In this document: positions 29,344 to 39,599 of the stretch, in pieces
Numbering within the stretch: the first letter of the stretch is position 1
How the letters are laid out: each line of letters begins with the position of its first letter
Source: an uncultured bacterium
GTDB taxonomy: Bacteria; JACRDZ01
Direction of reading: 5' to 3'
NCBI GenBank assembly: GCA_964457585.1
Contig: CAYWFU010000003.1
Span: forward strand, 5,500 to 69,499
Length of the DNA stretch: 64,000 nt
Program-made: the position numbers and the translations under genes
The notes under the pieces: model-generated
The model's input: the letters and a program-made list of their open reading frames with translations, nothing else
What the model was told of the DNA's origin: nothing
Databases searched by the model: none

Positions 29344-30115
29344 CCGAGTATGACAAACTATTATCTATTATGCGATCAATTCCCAATTCCAGTAAATTAT
29401 CAGGTAAAGTATCATTTCTGAAAAATTGAGTATTTCCTTTAAGATAAATTTCCATTTTCAATGAAGGGTAATTAAGCTTAAAATTTTTGTCAAGACATTT
29501 ATGTCTACAATTTTCATCCCATTTTTTCTTATTATATTTAAAGAAACAGCTTTGAGTTGTGGTTAAATAACCAAAGGGATAATAAATTGATATTTTTAAA
29601 TTTTTAAAAAATAGGATTGGAGAAATTCCTCCTGGAAGATTATCAATTTCAATTCGATTGACATTATATTCTTTTAAAAATTTTCCCCATATCGGGGTAT
29701 TAATTCCAGAAATAGAAATGAATTTTTTTTCATTTTCTGATAATTTTTCAATTGGAGTGATTGGAAGACATCTTCTTTGTCTGGTTAGAAGTCTACCCAT
29801 TATAGGTATAAATTGAGGGAAATCCTGATGAATTAAATATAAGCTTCCCCAATCATTAATAACAATTTCACATGGGGTAGGGGATAAGACATTAAGAATT
29901 TTTTGTAATTTTTTAATCCCATTTTCAGTAAAATAAGGCGTTACACAGGTAAATTTGATTCCAAGATATTTGGTTTTTTCCTGTGCTTCTTTGAAGTTAT
30001 CCGGATCCGTGATATTCCATTGACAGAATTCTTCGCCAAAATAAACTCTATCAAAACCATCACAGTTTTTTTTAGAGATTTGATTTATTTTTGAAATGAA
30101 AATTGCTTTTTCCAT
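29333..30115 (-). CDS. Peptidase U32-like (collagenase-family TIM-barrel) protein, short form
   Basis: Pattern DRVYFGEEF…NF…E…KYLGIKFTCVTP…EIVINDWGSL parallels the U32 N-terminal consensus (DAVYLG…NFS…YVTLN…DAIIVQDLG) from memory. Confidence 0.4.
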   Translation of the reverse strand: MEKAIFISKINQISKKNCDGFDRVYFGEEFCQWNITDPDNFKEAQEKTKYLGIKFTCVTPYFTENGIKKLQKILNVLSPTPCEIVINDWGSLYLIHQDFPQFIPIMGRLLTRQRRCLPITPIEKLSENEKKFISISGINTPIWGKFLKEYNVNRIEIDNLPGGISPILFFKNLKISIYYPFGYLTTTQSCFFKYNKKKWDENCRHKCLDKNFKLNYPSLKMEIYLKGNTQFFRNDTLPDNLLELGIDRIIDNSLSYSARS

Positions 30116-30127
30116 ATTTTTTCTCTT

Positions 30128-32500
30128 TTAAAAGTTATAGTAAGTAGAATAAGGCGATAAACTTGGTTCTTTAAATTCAAATTTTTGCCCCGGTAAAGCT
30201 TTTAAGCTGATATTAAACCAAAATTCTTTGACCAAGATATTATCGTAAGGTGATAAACGCTGTCTTACACTGAATATTGCTTCCCAGCAATGCAAATCTC
30301 GTATTAATTCAATATCCTGTCTTTCACGTTCAAAATCTCTTATATGAAATTTATTAGTTATTTCAGCATTTTTAAAAGAATCTCTATAAATTACCGACCA
30401 GTTTTTTGTAAGTTTCAATTGAAGCGTCCCTCCGATTGATGCGAAACTACTGATTTTAGCAGGTTCTGGACCTATACCGTCAATATATACTTTATAATAT
30501 TTTGAATTAAGATTAAATGAAGCTTCTTTCCCTATTTTTTCTGTAAATTCAATAGACGTATCATTTAACTTGAATTTTTTTCTATGCCATTTTTGATATT
30601 CCGGTGTATATGAATCATATTCATCGAGATAAATATCCCAGTATAAATTACTGATAATTTTAATATTATCATCTTTTTTCACATAGATAGAGGTTTTTAA
30701 ATCACTAAATCTGGACCGATAATCACGATACGTTGTCTCATAAATACTTTTTCGCAATTCATAATTACTTTCAACTGAGATACCTGTACTTTGTTTAGTA
30801 TTTTCAAGATAAATAATATTATTTAATTTATTTTTAATTAAACCTTTATAAAGAAAATATTCAGTTCCATCCAGTTCATCAAGCTGTTTAGAATAATCAT
30901 GCGTTAATTCATTTCTAATATTTCGGGTTATATTTGTAACTAGCTTCAGTTGTGTCCCATATACACCAAAATTACGGTCATTAAGATTTACCGGATTATG
31001 ATCCGAATACCAGTTCTGATCATATTTTATTGTTGGACTGAGAGAAGTTCTTTGAAATGGATAAAAACTTGTCATTAATGCTTGAGATATGTTAAAGCTG
31101 CGGTAATAGTAATCATCAGCTTTAATATTCAAATAAGTATTTTCATAATACTTCTGGAAACGATTTGCATATAATAAATCAAGCTTATAATAAATTGGTT
31201 GTTCGAGTATTTCAATTATTGGTTTTCTTGCGAAATCAATTTTCATTTCAGGAGTTGCTTTATTGTCAATAAGAAATTCATTTTTGTTATTTTTATTCGG
31301 TTTCCAGCTTTTTAATTCTTGAAAAAATAAAGAAATATTATGAGTATCACTTGTTTTTAAAAGTGTAAAATTAATATTTTCTGTTGTACGTTTTCCCTGT
31401 ATATCTTCATAATCGAATAAAAAGTCAGGGTCGCTTAATCTGTCATAATTTAATTTGGCAAAAAAATTTGGATATAATTCATGAGTAAAATAAACTTGAG
31501 ATTTCCAGCGATCAATAGTATCTTCTCCCGCAGGATTATAAAATCTCCCTCTTGTAGTATCATACCATACAGGTTTTTGATCTATATCATAAAAATACAT
31601 AGTTCCTTTGCGTTTATCATCAACAAAGTAATTATATTCAAGTCCTCTTGCATAACCTCTGCGCTGCCAGAAATCCAATATAAAAGAACCATATGAATAT
31701 GGAGGCGCAGTATAATGCAATTTAGAATTATACCACCAGCCATATTTTGTGCTGTATCCCGGTTTAAAATAAAAAGGAGAATATTTTAATAAAAAGTAGT
31801 AATAAGGAGAATATAATACAGGTACATTCCCAACATAAAAAAATACATTAAAAGCAAGCACTTTATCATCTATATATACTATCATTTTTTTTGCCGTAAA
31901 ATTATAATGAGGATATTCCTTATCGCATGTAGTCATAATAATATTATTGTCAGCTTCAAAAGAATTTTTTTGATCTTTTTTAAATTTTGGTGTTTTAAAA
32001 TACCAGGGTTTGTTGTATATTTTACTGTTTAGAAAGGTTCCGGTGGATTTTTTTGTATTATAGTTTATTTTTTCACCTTTAAATATAGTTTCACCTTCTT
32101 TTAAATATACATTACCGGTGGCTTCAAGTTCATTTGTATCAATATTAAACTTAACTTCATCAGCATTAAGTATTTTTGACATCTGTTCTATTTTAACATT
32201 TCCTTTACCCTTAATAATTTTATCTGATGCAATATATTCCAGATAATCACCGGTTATTATAATTGCATTTGAACTTTCTGGTGATACAAATTGTTCAGTT
32301 AATCCAGATTGGGGAGGATATACTTGATATTGGATCAGACTACTTTCCCCAGTAATATTTTTGTCTGGATTTAATTGGCTAGGATCAGTCGAAATGGTTA
32401 TTTTTGTTGAGTCGGCTGAAAATGCAGAACCTGCAAAAGAGAAAAATATACAAGTAAGTAATATTGCTATCGATGTCCAAGACCGGCGGAAAAATCGCAA
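30128..32500 (-). CDS. lptD: LPS-assembly outer-membrane protein LptD (OstA family)
   Basis: Signal peptide. N-terminal OstA-like beta-jellyroll (…NADEVKFNIDTNELEATGNVYLKEGETIFKGEKINYN…). Large C-terminal beta-barrel ending …YYNF. Confidence 0.7.
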   Translation of the reverse strand: MRFFRRSWTSIAILLTCIFFSFAGSAFSADSTKITISTDPSQLNPDKNITGESSLIQYQVYPPQSGLTEQFVSPESSNAIIITGDYLEYIASDKIIKGKGNVKIEQMSKILNADEVKFNIDTNELEATGNVYLKEGETIFKGEKINYNTKKSTGTFLNSKIYNKPWYFKTPKFKKDQKNSFEADNNIIMTTCDKEYPHYNFTAKKMIVYIDDKVLAFNVFFYVGNVPVLYSPYYYFLLKYSPFYFKPGYSTKYGWWYNSKLHYTAPPYSYGSFILDFWQRRGYARGLEYNYFVDDKRKGTMYFYDIDQKPVWYDTTRGRFYNPAGEDTIDRWKSQVYFTHELYPNFFAKLNYDRLSDPDFLFDYEDIQGKRTTENINFTLLKTSDTHNISLFFQELKSWKPNKNNKNEFLIDNKATPEMKIDFARKPIIEILEQPIYYKLDLLYANRFQKYYENTYLNIKADDYYYRSFNISQALMTSFYPFQRTSLSPTIKYDQNWYSDHNPVNLNDRNFGVYGTQLKLVTNITRNIRNELTHDYSKQLDELDGTEYFLYKGLIKNKLNNIIYLENTKQSTGISVESNYELRKSIYETTYRDYRSRFSDLKTSIYVKKDDNIKIISNLYWDIYLDEYDSYTPEYQKWHRKKFKLNDTSIEFTEKIGKEASFNLNSKYYKVYIDGIGPEPAKISSFASIGGTLQLKLTKNWSVIYRDSFKNAEITNKFHIRDFERERQDIELIRDLHCWEAIFSVRQRLSPYDNILVKEFWFNISLKALPGQKFEFKEPSLSPYSTYYNF

Positions 32501-32530
32501 TTTATGCCCCCTCTGGGTATATCATGTATA

Positions 32531-33847
32531 TCATAAAGCAGATTTGTTTTTTCTTAAAATACTTATTGCTTCTCCTATTACATATAAAGAACCAGCAATG
32601 CATATTAAATCATTTCGCGATGCAAGAGTTTTAGCATGATTTATACTTTCATTTATATTTAGAATAATTTTAATATTTTTATTATATTTAATAGCAATTT
32701 TATATAATTCTCCAGGATCCGAAGCACGTTCATATGCTATTGTTGTTAAAATAACTTCATATGCTATTGGACATAAAAGTTCAAGTATTTTTTCTCTATC
32801 TTTATCTTTTAAAATACCTATAATTAAATATATACGTTTATTAGGAAAGAATTTTTCCAGACTATAACGAAGAGTGCGCGCTCCATCCGGATTATGTGCT
32901 CCATCGAGTAAAATAATTGGATCTGAAGAAATAACCTCCATTCTGCCGGGCCAATAAGCAGATTTCAGTCCATTATAAATATTTTCTTTTTCAATAGATA
33001 TTATTTTTAGCTGATTTAGTATTTCAATCCCAGCCAGTGATAAGCAAGCATTATTTATCTGATGTTCCCCGGCCAGAGATACAAATAAATCCTTCCATGT
33101 ATTATTTATTCCATAATAATTGAAGCAATTTCCTTTTATATCAATAGATTTAATTTCAGAATGAAAATTTTTTCCTGATACATAAAGAGGAGCTTGTTTT
33201 TCTTGTGCTATTTGATTTATTGTTTCCAGTGCTTCAGAAGATGCTCCTGTTATGACAGGAATATTTTGTTTTATTATACCTGCTTTTTCCCGGGCAATTT
33301 TAGGAATAGTATCTCCTAAGATGTCTGTATGTTCCAATCCAATTGAAGTAATAATACTTAAAAGAGGAGTTATTACATTAGTAGCATCAAGACGTCCGCC
33401 CATTCCAACTTCAATAATGGCAAAATCAACTTTTTCTTCCGCAAAATATTTAAATGCCTGAGCTGTTGTAACTTCAAAATAAGTCGGATGCGCATTTTTA
33501 AAATCAGGTGTATTTTGGATTATATTAACTATTTCGTTCGTAAGTTCTATAATTTTTTCATGAGAAATAGTAATTCCATTTACTGTTATTCTCTCACAAT
33601 AATCAACAAGATGAGGGGAAGTATAAATACCGACTTTGTGCCCATATGATTTTAAAATACTTCCCAATATAGTCGCTACACTGCCTTTGCCATTTGTTCC
33701 TGCAATATGAATACTTCTAAATTTATTATGCGGTGAATCCAGCGCATTAAGTAAAATTGAGATATTATTCAGCCCAAATTTTATTCCAAATCGCTGTAAG
33801 CTATAAAGATAATCAATACATTCAGTATAATTGTTAAATTCTTTCAT
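32531..33847 (-). CDS. folC: Bifunctional folylpolyglutamate synthase / dihydrofolate synthase
   Basis: Mur-ligase-family P-loop [10 protein letters not shown]. Overall Mur ligase middle and C-terminal domain pattern. Confidence 0.85.
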   Translation of the reverse strand: MKEFNNYTECIDYLYSLQRFGIKFGLNNISILLNALDSPHNKFRSIHIAGTNGKGSVATILGSILKSYGHKVGIYTSPHLVDYCERITVNGITISHEKIIELTNEIVNIIQNTPDFKNAHPTYFEVTTAQAFKYFAEEKVDFAIIEVGMGGRLDATNVITPLLSIITSIGLEHTDILGDTIPKIAREKAGIIKQNIPVITGASSEALETINQIAQEKQAPLYVSGKNFHSEIKSIDIKGNCFNYYGINNTWKDLFVSLAGEHQINNACLSLAGIEILNQLKIISIEKENIYNGLKSAYWPGRMEVISSDPIILLDGAHNPDGARTLRYSLEKFFPNKRIYLIIGILKDKDREKILELLCPIAYEVILTTIAYERASDPGELYKIAIKYNKNIKIILNINESINHAKTLASRNDLICIAGSLYVIGEAISILRKNKSAL

Positions 33848-34650
33848 ATTATTAAAAGATCAAGTATATGACTGACTGTGTTTTTAATATCTTTTCTTTC
33901 AACAATCATATCAATCATACCATGTTTAAGTAGAAATTCTGCTTTTTGAAATCCTTCAGGCAATTTTTCACCAATTGTTTGCTCAATTACACGTGGACCA
34001 GAAAAAGCTATCATTGCTTGAGGTTCAGATATAATTATATCACCCAAAGAGGCAAAGCTTGCTATTACACCACCGGTAGTAGGGTTTGTAAGAATGGAAA
34101 TATAGGGTAATCTATAATCTCCAAGACGAGCAATGGAACTTGATATTTTTGCCATTTGCATAAGAGAAATAGCCCCCTCCTGCATTCTGGCACCTCCTGA
34201 ACATGATACAATAATCAATGGGATACGGTTTTCTATGGCTCTATCTATTGCTCTGCAAATTTTTTCTCCTACAACCGATCCCATACTGCCGCCCATAAAT
34301 TCAAAAATCATAATACAAATATTTACTTTTATTCCATTTATTTTACCTTCTCCTGAAACAATAGCATCATTAAGCCCGGTTTCTTTTTGTCCACTTTTCA
34401 AACGGTCTTTATATTTTTTATGATCCTTAAATTTTAAAGGGTCATTTGACTCGATTAATTTATCAAACTCAATAAAAGTATTTGAGTCTAAAAGCAAATT
34501 AATACGTTCTTCCCATGTAAGTCTAAAATGATAATTGCATTTTGGACATACTTTTAAATTGCGGTCTAATTCTTTCTGATAAATAATTTCATTACATCCC
34601 TCACATTTTATCCATAAACCATGAGGTATTTCTTTTTTTAACCAGGCCAT
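33844..34650 (-). CDS. accD: Acetyl-CoA carboxylase carboxyltransferase subunit beta
   Basis: N-terminal Zn-ribbon CEGC…CPKC. Carboxyltransferase domain ([12 protein letters not shown]…GGARMQEG). Start placed at the internal Met MAWLKKE; the ORF could extend to 34707. Confidence 0.85.
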   Translation of the reverse strand: MAWLKKEIPHGLWIKCEGCNEIIYQKELDRNLKVCPKCNYHFRLTWEERINLLLDSNTFIEFDKLIESNDPLKFKDHKKYKDRLKSGQKETGLNDAIVSGEGKINGIKVNICIMIFEFMGGSMGSVVGEKICRAIDRAIENRIPLIIVSCSGGARMQEGAISLMQMAKISSSIARLGDYRLPYISILTNPTTGGVIASFASLGDIIISEPQAMIAFSGPRVIEQTIGEKLPEGFQKAEFLLKHGMIDMIVERKDIKNTVSHILDLLII

Positions 34651-34714
34651 ATGTTGAACTCCTATTTGTTTATACTGCAATTTATCAAAAAAAAACTGGA
34701 AAGTCAAATTTAAC

Positions 34715-34743
34715 TTGAAAAAATAGGATATGTATGTTATAAA
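34715..34743 (+). promoter_or_regulatory. Putative sigma70-type promoter (TTGAAA-N17-TATAAA) for the ferredoxin gene
   Basis: Hexamers read directly with a 17-nt spacer. Would place the TSS ~8 nt upstream of the palindrome. Confidence 0.35.
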
Positions 34744-34757
34744 ATTACATAATTAGC

Positions 34758-34785
34758 TGTGGAGACGCAAAATTTTGCGTCTCTA
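34758..34785. promoter_or_regulatory. 28-bp near-perfect palindrome GTGGAGACGCAAAATTTTGCGTCTCTAC in the ferredoxin 5' leader (copy 1 of 2)
   Basis: Differs at one position from the perfect palindrome at 47961-47988. Lies between the putative promoter and the RBS (AAAGGAGG), 25 nt before the ATG. Confidence 0.55.
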
Positions 34786-34810
34786 CTTTCATAAAAGGAG
34801 GTGTAAAATA

Positions 34811-34993
34811 ATGCCAATTAAATGCGATTTTGATAAATGCACTGGTGATGGTGAATGTGAAAAAGTTTGCCCGGTAGACCCAAATGTATTTAAAATAGCT
34901 GATGGCAAAACACATATTATTAATCCTGATGCATGTATTGATTGCGGAAGTTGTGTTGATGTATGTCCAGAAAAATGTTTACATTTAGAATAA
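34811..34993 (+). CDS. 2x[4Fe-4S] ferredoxin
   Basis: Two Cys clusters: C…CTGDGECEKVCP and CIDCGSCVDVCP. 60 aa from MPIKCD with a strong RBS. Confidence 0.8.
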   Translation: MPIKCDFDKCTGDGECEKVCPVDPNVFKIADGKTHIINPDACIDCGSCVDVCPEKCLHLE

Positions 34994-34998
34994 TTAAG

Positions 34999-35046
34999 TA
35001 TCAGTGTCAGATATCGATAAGTTATATTTGATAACTGGCACTGATT
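34999..35046 (+). terminator. Probable Rho-independent terminator after the ferredoxin gene
   Basis: About 16-bp imperfect stem (ATCAGTGTCAGATATC / GATAACTGGCACTGAT) followed by TTTTATTTCTTTTT. Confidence 0.5.
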
Positions 35047-35089
35047 TTATTTCTTTTTAAACCCGTTCAAGTTATTTTTTTTCGTAATT

Positions 35090-35630
35090 ATTCAGGTATT
35101 TAGCCTGAAGGCTGAAGTCTATTAGTTATCACTCATGGCTCGGATCAAGCCATTCAAGACCTTCTCAGCATCGATAATCTTTGGTCCAATCAGTTACGAA
35201 TCCTGGTTACACAAGAATCTTAAGAGCTTCGAAAAAATTAATTGATAATACATCCCTTTAATGATTATTACTACATGTTTTATACCTAAATGGTAATCCC
35301 TTGGTTACCAGTGGTAGTCACAGGCTTTAGCCTGCGTAATATTAGGGGTTGTATAAAAAGTCTGTAAAATGTAGGGGTTCGATTCATCGAACCCGAAAAA
35401 ACATTGAAAAATCAGGGGCTGTCCAAAAAGGTTACAAAATATTTATTTAGTCAAAATAATATAATTGTAAATACGATAAATATTGGATTTTTCGAACTTA
35501 AGGTACTTTATATTTAGATAAATAGAAGTTTATTCGTCAAAGTCGCGACCTTTATGGACAGCCCCACTACAATTTCCACCGATTACCCTAAATGCCTTTC
35601 ACCTTCAGTCTATTTACCTGAATAGTTACT
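35090..35630. repeat. About 540-bp non-coding segment with nested inverted repeats: outer TTATTCAGGTA…CTGAAGG / CCTTCAGTCTATTTACCTGAATA; inner GGGGCTGTCCAAAAAGG / CCTTTATGGACAGCCCC; plus a perfect hairpin GGGTTCGATTCATCGAACCC
   Basis: All repeats read directly. No ORF of 60 aa or more. MITE-like or structured-RNA candidate. Confidence 0.35.
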
Positions 35631-37110
35631 TCTTTTCAATAATCCCAATATATTTTAAAGCCTGTCTATTAAGTTCATTATCAGGATACTTTTCTGTTAA
35701 AACTTTAAAAGCTTCTGATGCTTCATTAAATTTTTTCATGTTATAAAGTGAAAGCCCGATTTTAAATTGTGCTGCTGCATCTTTATTGCTTTTAATACTA
35801 TTTATAATAGCTTTTTGAAAATATTCCATAGCTTTTTCAAAATCCTGCTGTGAATAATAAGTTTCTCCCATCCAATATAAAGCATTGTCAAGTAATGATT
35901 CATTTGGAGGAGATATAATCACCATTTCGAGTTTCTCTCGTGCTTTTTCAACCTGTTTTTCTTTTAAGAGTAAATCCAGCGCTTCTTTGTATATTTTATT
36001 AGCTGCCTCTTTATTTTTTGGAGGTTCAACTTTTTTAACAGGTTCTTCTTTTGGTTTTTCAGATGGAGCTTCAATAATTATTTGTTCTTCATTCGCTTTT
36101 TCCTGAGCAGCTTTTTTTAAAAATTTGCTTTTTAAATCTATATCCAGATGATCTTTTGATTGAAATGCCCATTCTGTATTTGGATAATTATTAATTACAA
36201 ATTGAAACATCTCTTTTGCCCGATCAAAATTGTCAAATTCCTCAAAACAGATTCCGGTTAAAAAATAACCCTCAGGAATATATTTACTATCAGAATAATC
36301 ACGGATAAATTTACGCAGCTTAAAATAAGCTTCCCCGAAATTTTTTACTTCAACTGTTTTCTTTATATCAGCAAAAAATGCATCGCCGTTAATTTTGTCT
36401 AATGTCTTTTTTAATTCAATTTCCAAATTTTGTGTTAAATTATCTATTTCGTCAACCGAATTTTTAATTGTTTTATAATCTTCATTCAATAGCGCTTTCT
36501 CTGCTTTATTTAGAAGGACATTAATTCTTTCTATACTTTGAGGCAGGTATCTATTCATTTCAGGAGTAACTATTCTTTCTGTTTTTGATTTGGAATTTTT
36601 AATCATATCAGCAGCTAAATTTTTTTCACGGATTTTTCGTGCTTCTTCAGCTTTTTTTTGTGTTTCAAGAATTTCTTTTCTTTTTTTCGCATCTTCATCT
36701 TTTTTCTTATCTTCTTCAGCTTTTATTTTACTTTCTTCTACTGCTTTATTAATTCCCTGTCTTGCTCTATCAACGAAATCCAGAATCTGAATAAAATTTT
36801 CTTGATCCAGTAAGGCAGAAGCCTCTTCCAGATATTTTTTGCTTTCTTTTAATTTTTCATTTGAATATTTTATGACCTGTAAGGTTGATGATTCCTTAAG
36901 AAGTGCCTGTACAGTTTCAATTGCCAGAACGCATCTTAATTTTTCTTTGTTTCTTTCCTCATCTTCCTGTTTTTTCTTTATTTCTGCTTTAGTAATTTCA
37001 AGTTTAGGTGATTCATAAGTTACAGGTAAAATCGGTAGTTGCCTGGAAGCACAGCCATAAAATATTAAGTTTAATATAATGAATAAAAATACAATTTGAT
37101 TTTTTTTCAT
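35626..37110 (-). CDS. TPR-repeat lipoprotein (hypothetical)
   Basis: Lipoprotein signal with lipobox (LIFYGC). Lys/Glu-rich coiled-coil middle. C-terminal TPR-like repeats (…ALYWMGETYYSQQDFEKAMEYFQKAI…). Confidence 0.55.
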   Translation of the reverse strand: MKKNQIVFLFIILNLIFYGCASRQLPILPVTYESPKLEITKAEIKKKQEDEERNKEKLRCVLAIETVQALLKESSTLQVIKYSNEKLKESKKYLEEASALLDQENFIQILDFVDRARQGINKAVEESKIKAEEDKKKDEDAKKRKEILETQKKAEEARKIREKNLAADMIKNSKSKTERIVTPEMNRYLPQSIERINVLLNKAEKALLNEDYKTIKNSVDEIDNLTQNLEIELKKTLDKINGDAFFADIKKTVEVKNFGEAYFKLRKFIRDYSDSKYIPEGYFLTGICFEEFDNFDRAKEMFQFVINNYPNTEWAFQSKDHLDIDLKSKFLKKAAQEKANEEQIIIEAPSEKPKEEPVKKVEPPKNKEAANKIYKEALDLLLKEKQVEKAREKLEMVIISPPNESLLDNALYWMGETYYSQQDFEKAMEYFQKAIINSIKSNKDAAAQFKIGLSLYNMKKFNEASEAFKVLTEKYPDNELNRQALKYIGIIEKK

Positions 37111-37304
37111 TTTTTCACTCCACTGACAAATTATAGCACATAAATTTATCTGTAGATACTTTCTAACTCAAGTGGTTCTATTACAGGGTACTTCTATTGT
37201 ATATATATTTCGGTAAAATCAGTTTTATCTTTAATTAAAAGGTTAACTATTGACAAAATATATCTGTATGATAGGATATTAGTACTTTAAGGAGATAATA
37301 AATT

Positions 37305-38507
37305 ATGTTCCCTGATAACAAAGGACACTTTGGAATTTTTGGCGGGAAATTTGTTCCTGAAACATTAATGTCAGCTCTGGAAGAATTGGAACAGGCATAT
37401 AATAAAAATAAAAATAATAGAGAATTTAAAAAAGAATTTAATTACTATCTTGAAGAATATGCTGGACGGCCAAATCCGCTTTATTTTGCAGAACGATTCA
37501 CTAAAAAATTAGGCGGAGCAAAAATTTATTTAAAAAGGGAAGACCTTAATCATACTGGTGCACATAAAATAAACAATACGCTTGGACAAATAATTTTAGC
37601 GCGGTATATGGGGAAGACCAGAATAATTGCTGAAACCGGCGCCGGTCAGCACGGAGTAGCAACTGCTACTGTATCTGCAATGTTTGGGCTTAAATGTGTT
37701 GTTTATATGGGGGAGGAAGATATAGAGCGTCAGGCGTTAAATGTTCTGCGTATGAAATTTTTAGGAGCAGAAGTTGTCCCTGTTTCTTCTGGATCGAGAA
37801 CATTAAAAGATGCCATGAATGAAGCTATTCGCGATTGGGTAACCAATGTTAAAGATACATATTATTTGATAGGTTCTGTGGCAGGTCCTCATCCATATCC
37901 AATGCTGGTCAGAGATTTTCAGTCAGTTATAGGCAAGGAGACTAAAAAGCAGATATTGCAAAAAGAAAAACGCTTGCCTGATTATCTTATAGCGTGTGTT
38001 GGCGGCGGGAGCAATGCAATGGGTTTATTTTATCCATTTTTGAAAACTGATATTAAATTTATTGGTGTTGAAGCTGCTGGATTGGGAATTGATACAAACC
38101 AGCATGCAGCAACTCTTGGTGCCGGTTCACCGGGTATCCTTCATGGTTCATTAAGCTATTTATTGCAGGATGAAAATGGGCAGGTGAAAATCGCTCATTC
38201 AATTTCAGCAGGGTTGGATTATCCAGGTGTTGGACCGGAACATAGTTATTTCAAAGAAACAGGCCGTGCGACTTACGTGTCAATTACTGATAAAGAAGCA
38301 TTAGAAGCATTTCATATGCTTGCACAAACAGAGGGAATTATCCCTGCTCTGGAATCAGCTCATGCGCTTGCATATGTTATGAAATTCGCACCGCAAATAC
38401 CAAAAGATAAAATTATAGTAGTATGTCTTTCAGGCCGCGGTGATAAAGATGTTGATGCAGTTAGTAAATATAGTAAAAATAGTCAACAGTCACAAAAAAA
38501 CAGATAA
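37305..38507 (+). CDS. trpB: Tryptophan synthase beta chain
   Basis: PLP-Lys motif [17 protein letters not shown] loop. Full-length 400 aa. Confidence 0.95.
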   Translation: MFPDNKGHFGIFGGKFVPETLMSALEELEQAYNKNKNNREFKKEFNYYLEEYAGRPNPLYFAERFTKKLGGAKIYLKREDLNHTGAHKINNTLGQIILARYMGKTRIIAETGAGQHGVATATVSAMFGLKCVVYMGEEDIERQALNVLRMKFLGAEVVPVSSGSRTLKDAMNEAIRDWVTNVKDTYYLIGSVAGPHPYPMLVRDFQSVIGKETKKQILQKEKRLPDYLIACVGGGSNAMGLFYPFLKTDIKFIGVEAAGLGIDTNQHAATLGAGSPGILHGSLSYLLQDENGQVKIAHSISAGLDYPGVGPEHSYFKETGRATYVSITDKEALEAFHMLAQTEGIIPALESAHALAYVMKFAPQIPKDKIIVVCLSGRGDKDVDAVSKYSKNSQQSQKNR

Positions 38508-38682
38508 GCGTTCAGACGTCAGTTTTCAGCTATCAGTTTTAAAGATATAAAATTCAAAAAAGCTGGTTCCCTGTTACTAATTTCCATTTTTTGGTCATAA
38601 GTTACTGGCAATTAATCACTAACTAGTAGTATTAGTTTTTATAATGATTTAGCTGAATGCTGACTGCTGATAGCTGAATGCT
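38507..38682. repeat. MITE/REP-like element of the same family as 20448-20638 (arms AGCGTTCAGACGTCAGTTTTCAGCTATCAG / AGCTGAATGCTGACTGCTGATAGCTGAATGCT), inserted between trpB and trpA
   Basis: Arms at 38507-38536 and 38651-38682 are imperfect reverse complements around a ~110-bp AT-rich core. The first arm abuts the trpB stop codon. Confidence 0.6.
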
Positions 38683-38707
38683 TACAGTAAAGAATAGGAA
38701 TAAAATT

Positions 38708-39505
38708 ATGATACCTGAATTACAAAAGAAACTGCAGAAATTAAAAGATAGCAATAAGAAATTATTTATACCTTATATAACTGCCGGATATCCTTCAATA
38801 TCTATAACAGAGAAATTAGTTCTTGCAATTGAGGAAGCTGGCGCTGATGCGATTGAGCTTGGGATTCCATTTTCAGATCCTTTGGCTGATGGGTCTGTAA
38901 TTCAATATTCATCATACAAAGCGCTTCAGACTGGAACAACGCTTTCAGGTATTTTTGAAATGGTTAAAAGATTACGCGAACAAACAAAAATACCGATTCT
39001 ATTTATGAGTTATTATAATCCGATTTATAAATTTGGAGTTGAAAAATTCGCTCTGACTGCTGAAGCAAACGGAGTAAACGGAGTAATTGTTCCTGATTTA
39101 CCTCCTGAAGAAGCCGGTGAATTAATAAAAGAAACAAAAAAACATAATTTAGCATCAGTATTTCTTTTCACTCCAACAAGCAAAGAAAAAAGAATTAAAC
39201 TTATAACAAAAAAAAGTACAGGATTTATTTATTATGTTTCACTCGCTGGCGTTACCGGTGAAAGAGACAACCTTTCATCATCAATACAGCAAAATGTAGA
39301 ATCTGCCCGTAAATTTACCTCAAAACCAATTGCTGTTGGATTTGGGGTATCAACTCCCGAACAAGCTCGCGAAGTAGCAATGATTGCCGATGGAGTAATT
39401 GTTGGAAGCGCAATTATAAAGAAAATAACAGAAAATATAAATGAACCAGATTTAGTTGAAAAAGTCGGGAAGTTTGTAAAGGAATTAAGTAATGCGGTTC
39501 ACTAG
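38708..39505 (+). CDS. trpA: Tryptophan synthase alpha chain
   Basis: TIM-barrel TrpA pattern (…AGADAIELGIPFSDPLADG…; …GFIYYVSLAGVTG…). Start moved to MIPELQ (ATG 38708) because the longer ORF begins inside the repeat element. Confidence 0.9.
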   Translation: MIPELQKKLQKLKDSNKKLFIPYITAGYPSISITEKLVLAIEEAGADAIELGIPFSDPLADGSVIQYSSYKALQTGTTLSGIFEMVKRLREQTKIPILFMSYYNPIYKFGVEKFALTAEANGVNGVIVPDLPPEEAGELIKETKKHNLASVFLFTPTSKEKRIKLITKKSTGFIYYVSLAGVTGERDNLSSSIQQNVESARKFTSKPIAVGFGVSTPEQAREVAMIADGVIVGSAIIKKITENINEPDLVEKVGKFVKELSNAVH

Positions 39506-39599
39506 AGAGGCATAGGAGGCATATAGGGCATAGGGGGACGTTGTTTAAAATGTTTAATTTGCATTGAAGTAAACAATAAAATATGTTAGGATTCTAAAT

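Noticed and set aside
35370-35400. GGGGTTCGATTCATCGAACCC resembling a tRNA T-arm (GGTTCGA…)
   Set aside because: It is a perfect palindrome (8-bp stem, TTCA loop) with no acceptor stem, anticodon arm or CCA partner nearby. A hairpin, not a tRNA or tmRNA.
37248-37290. Possible promoter TTGACA upstream of trpB and a possible trp leader/T-box
   Set aside because: TTGACA is present (37248-37253) but no convincing -10 at 16-18 nt spacing. Only ~190 bp of leader, with no T-box or attenuator hallmarks seen. Left unannotated.
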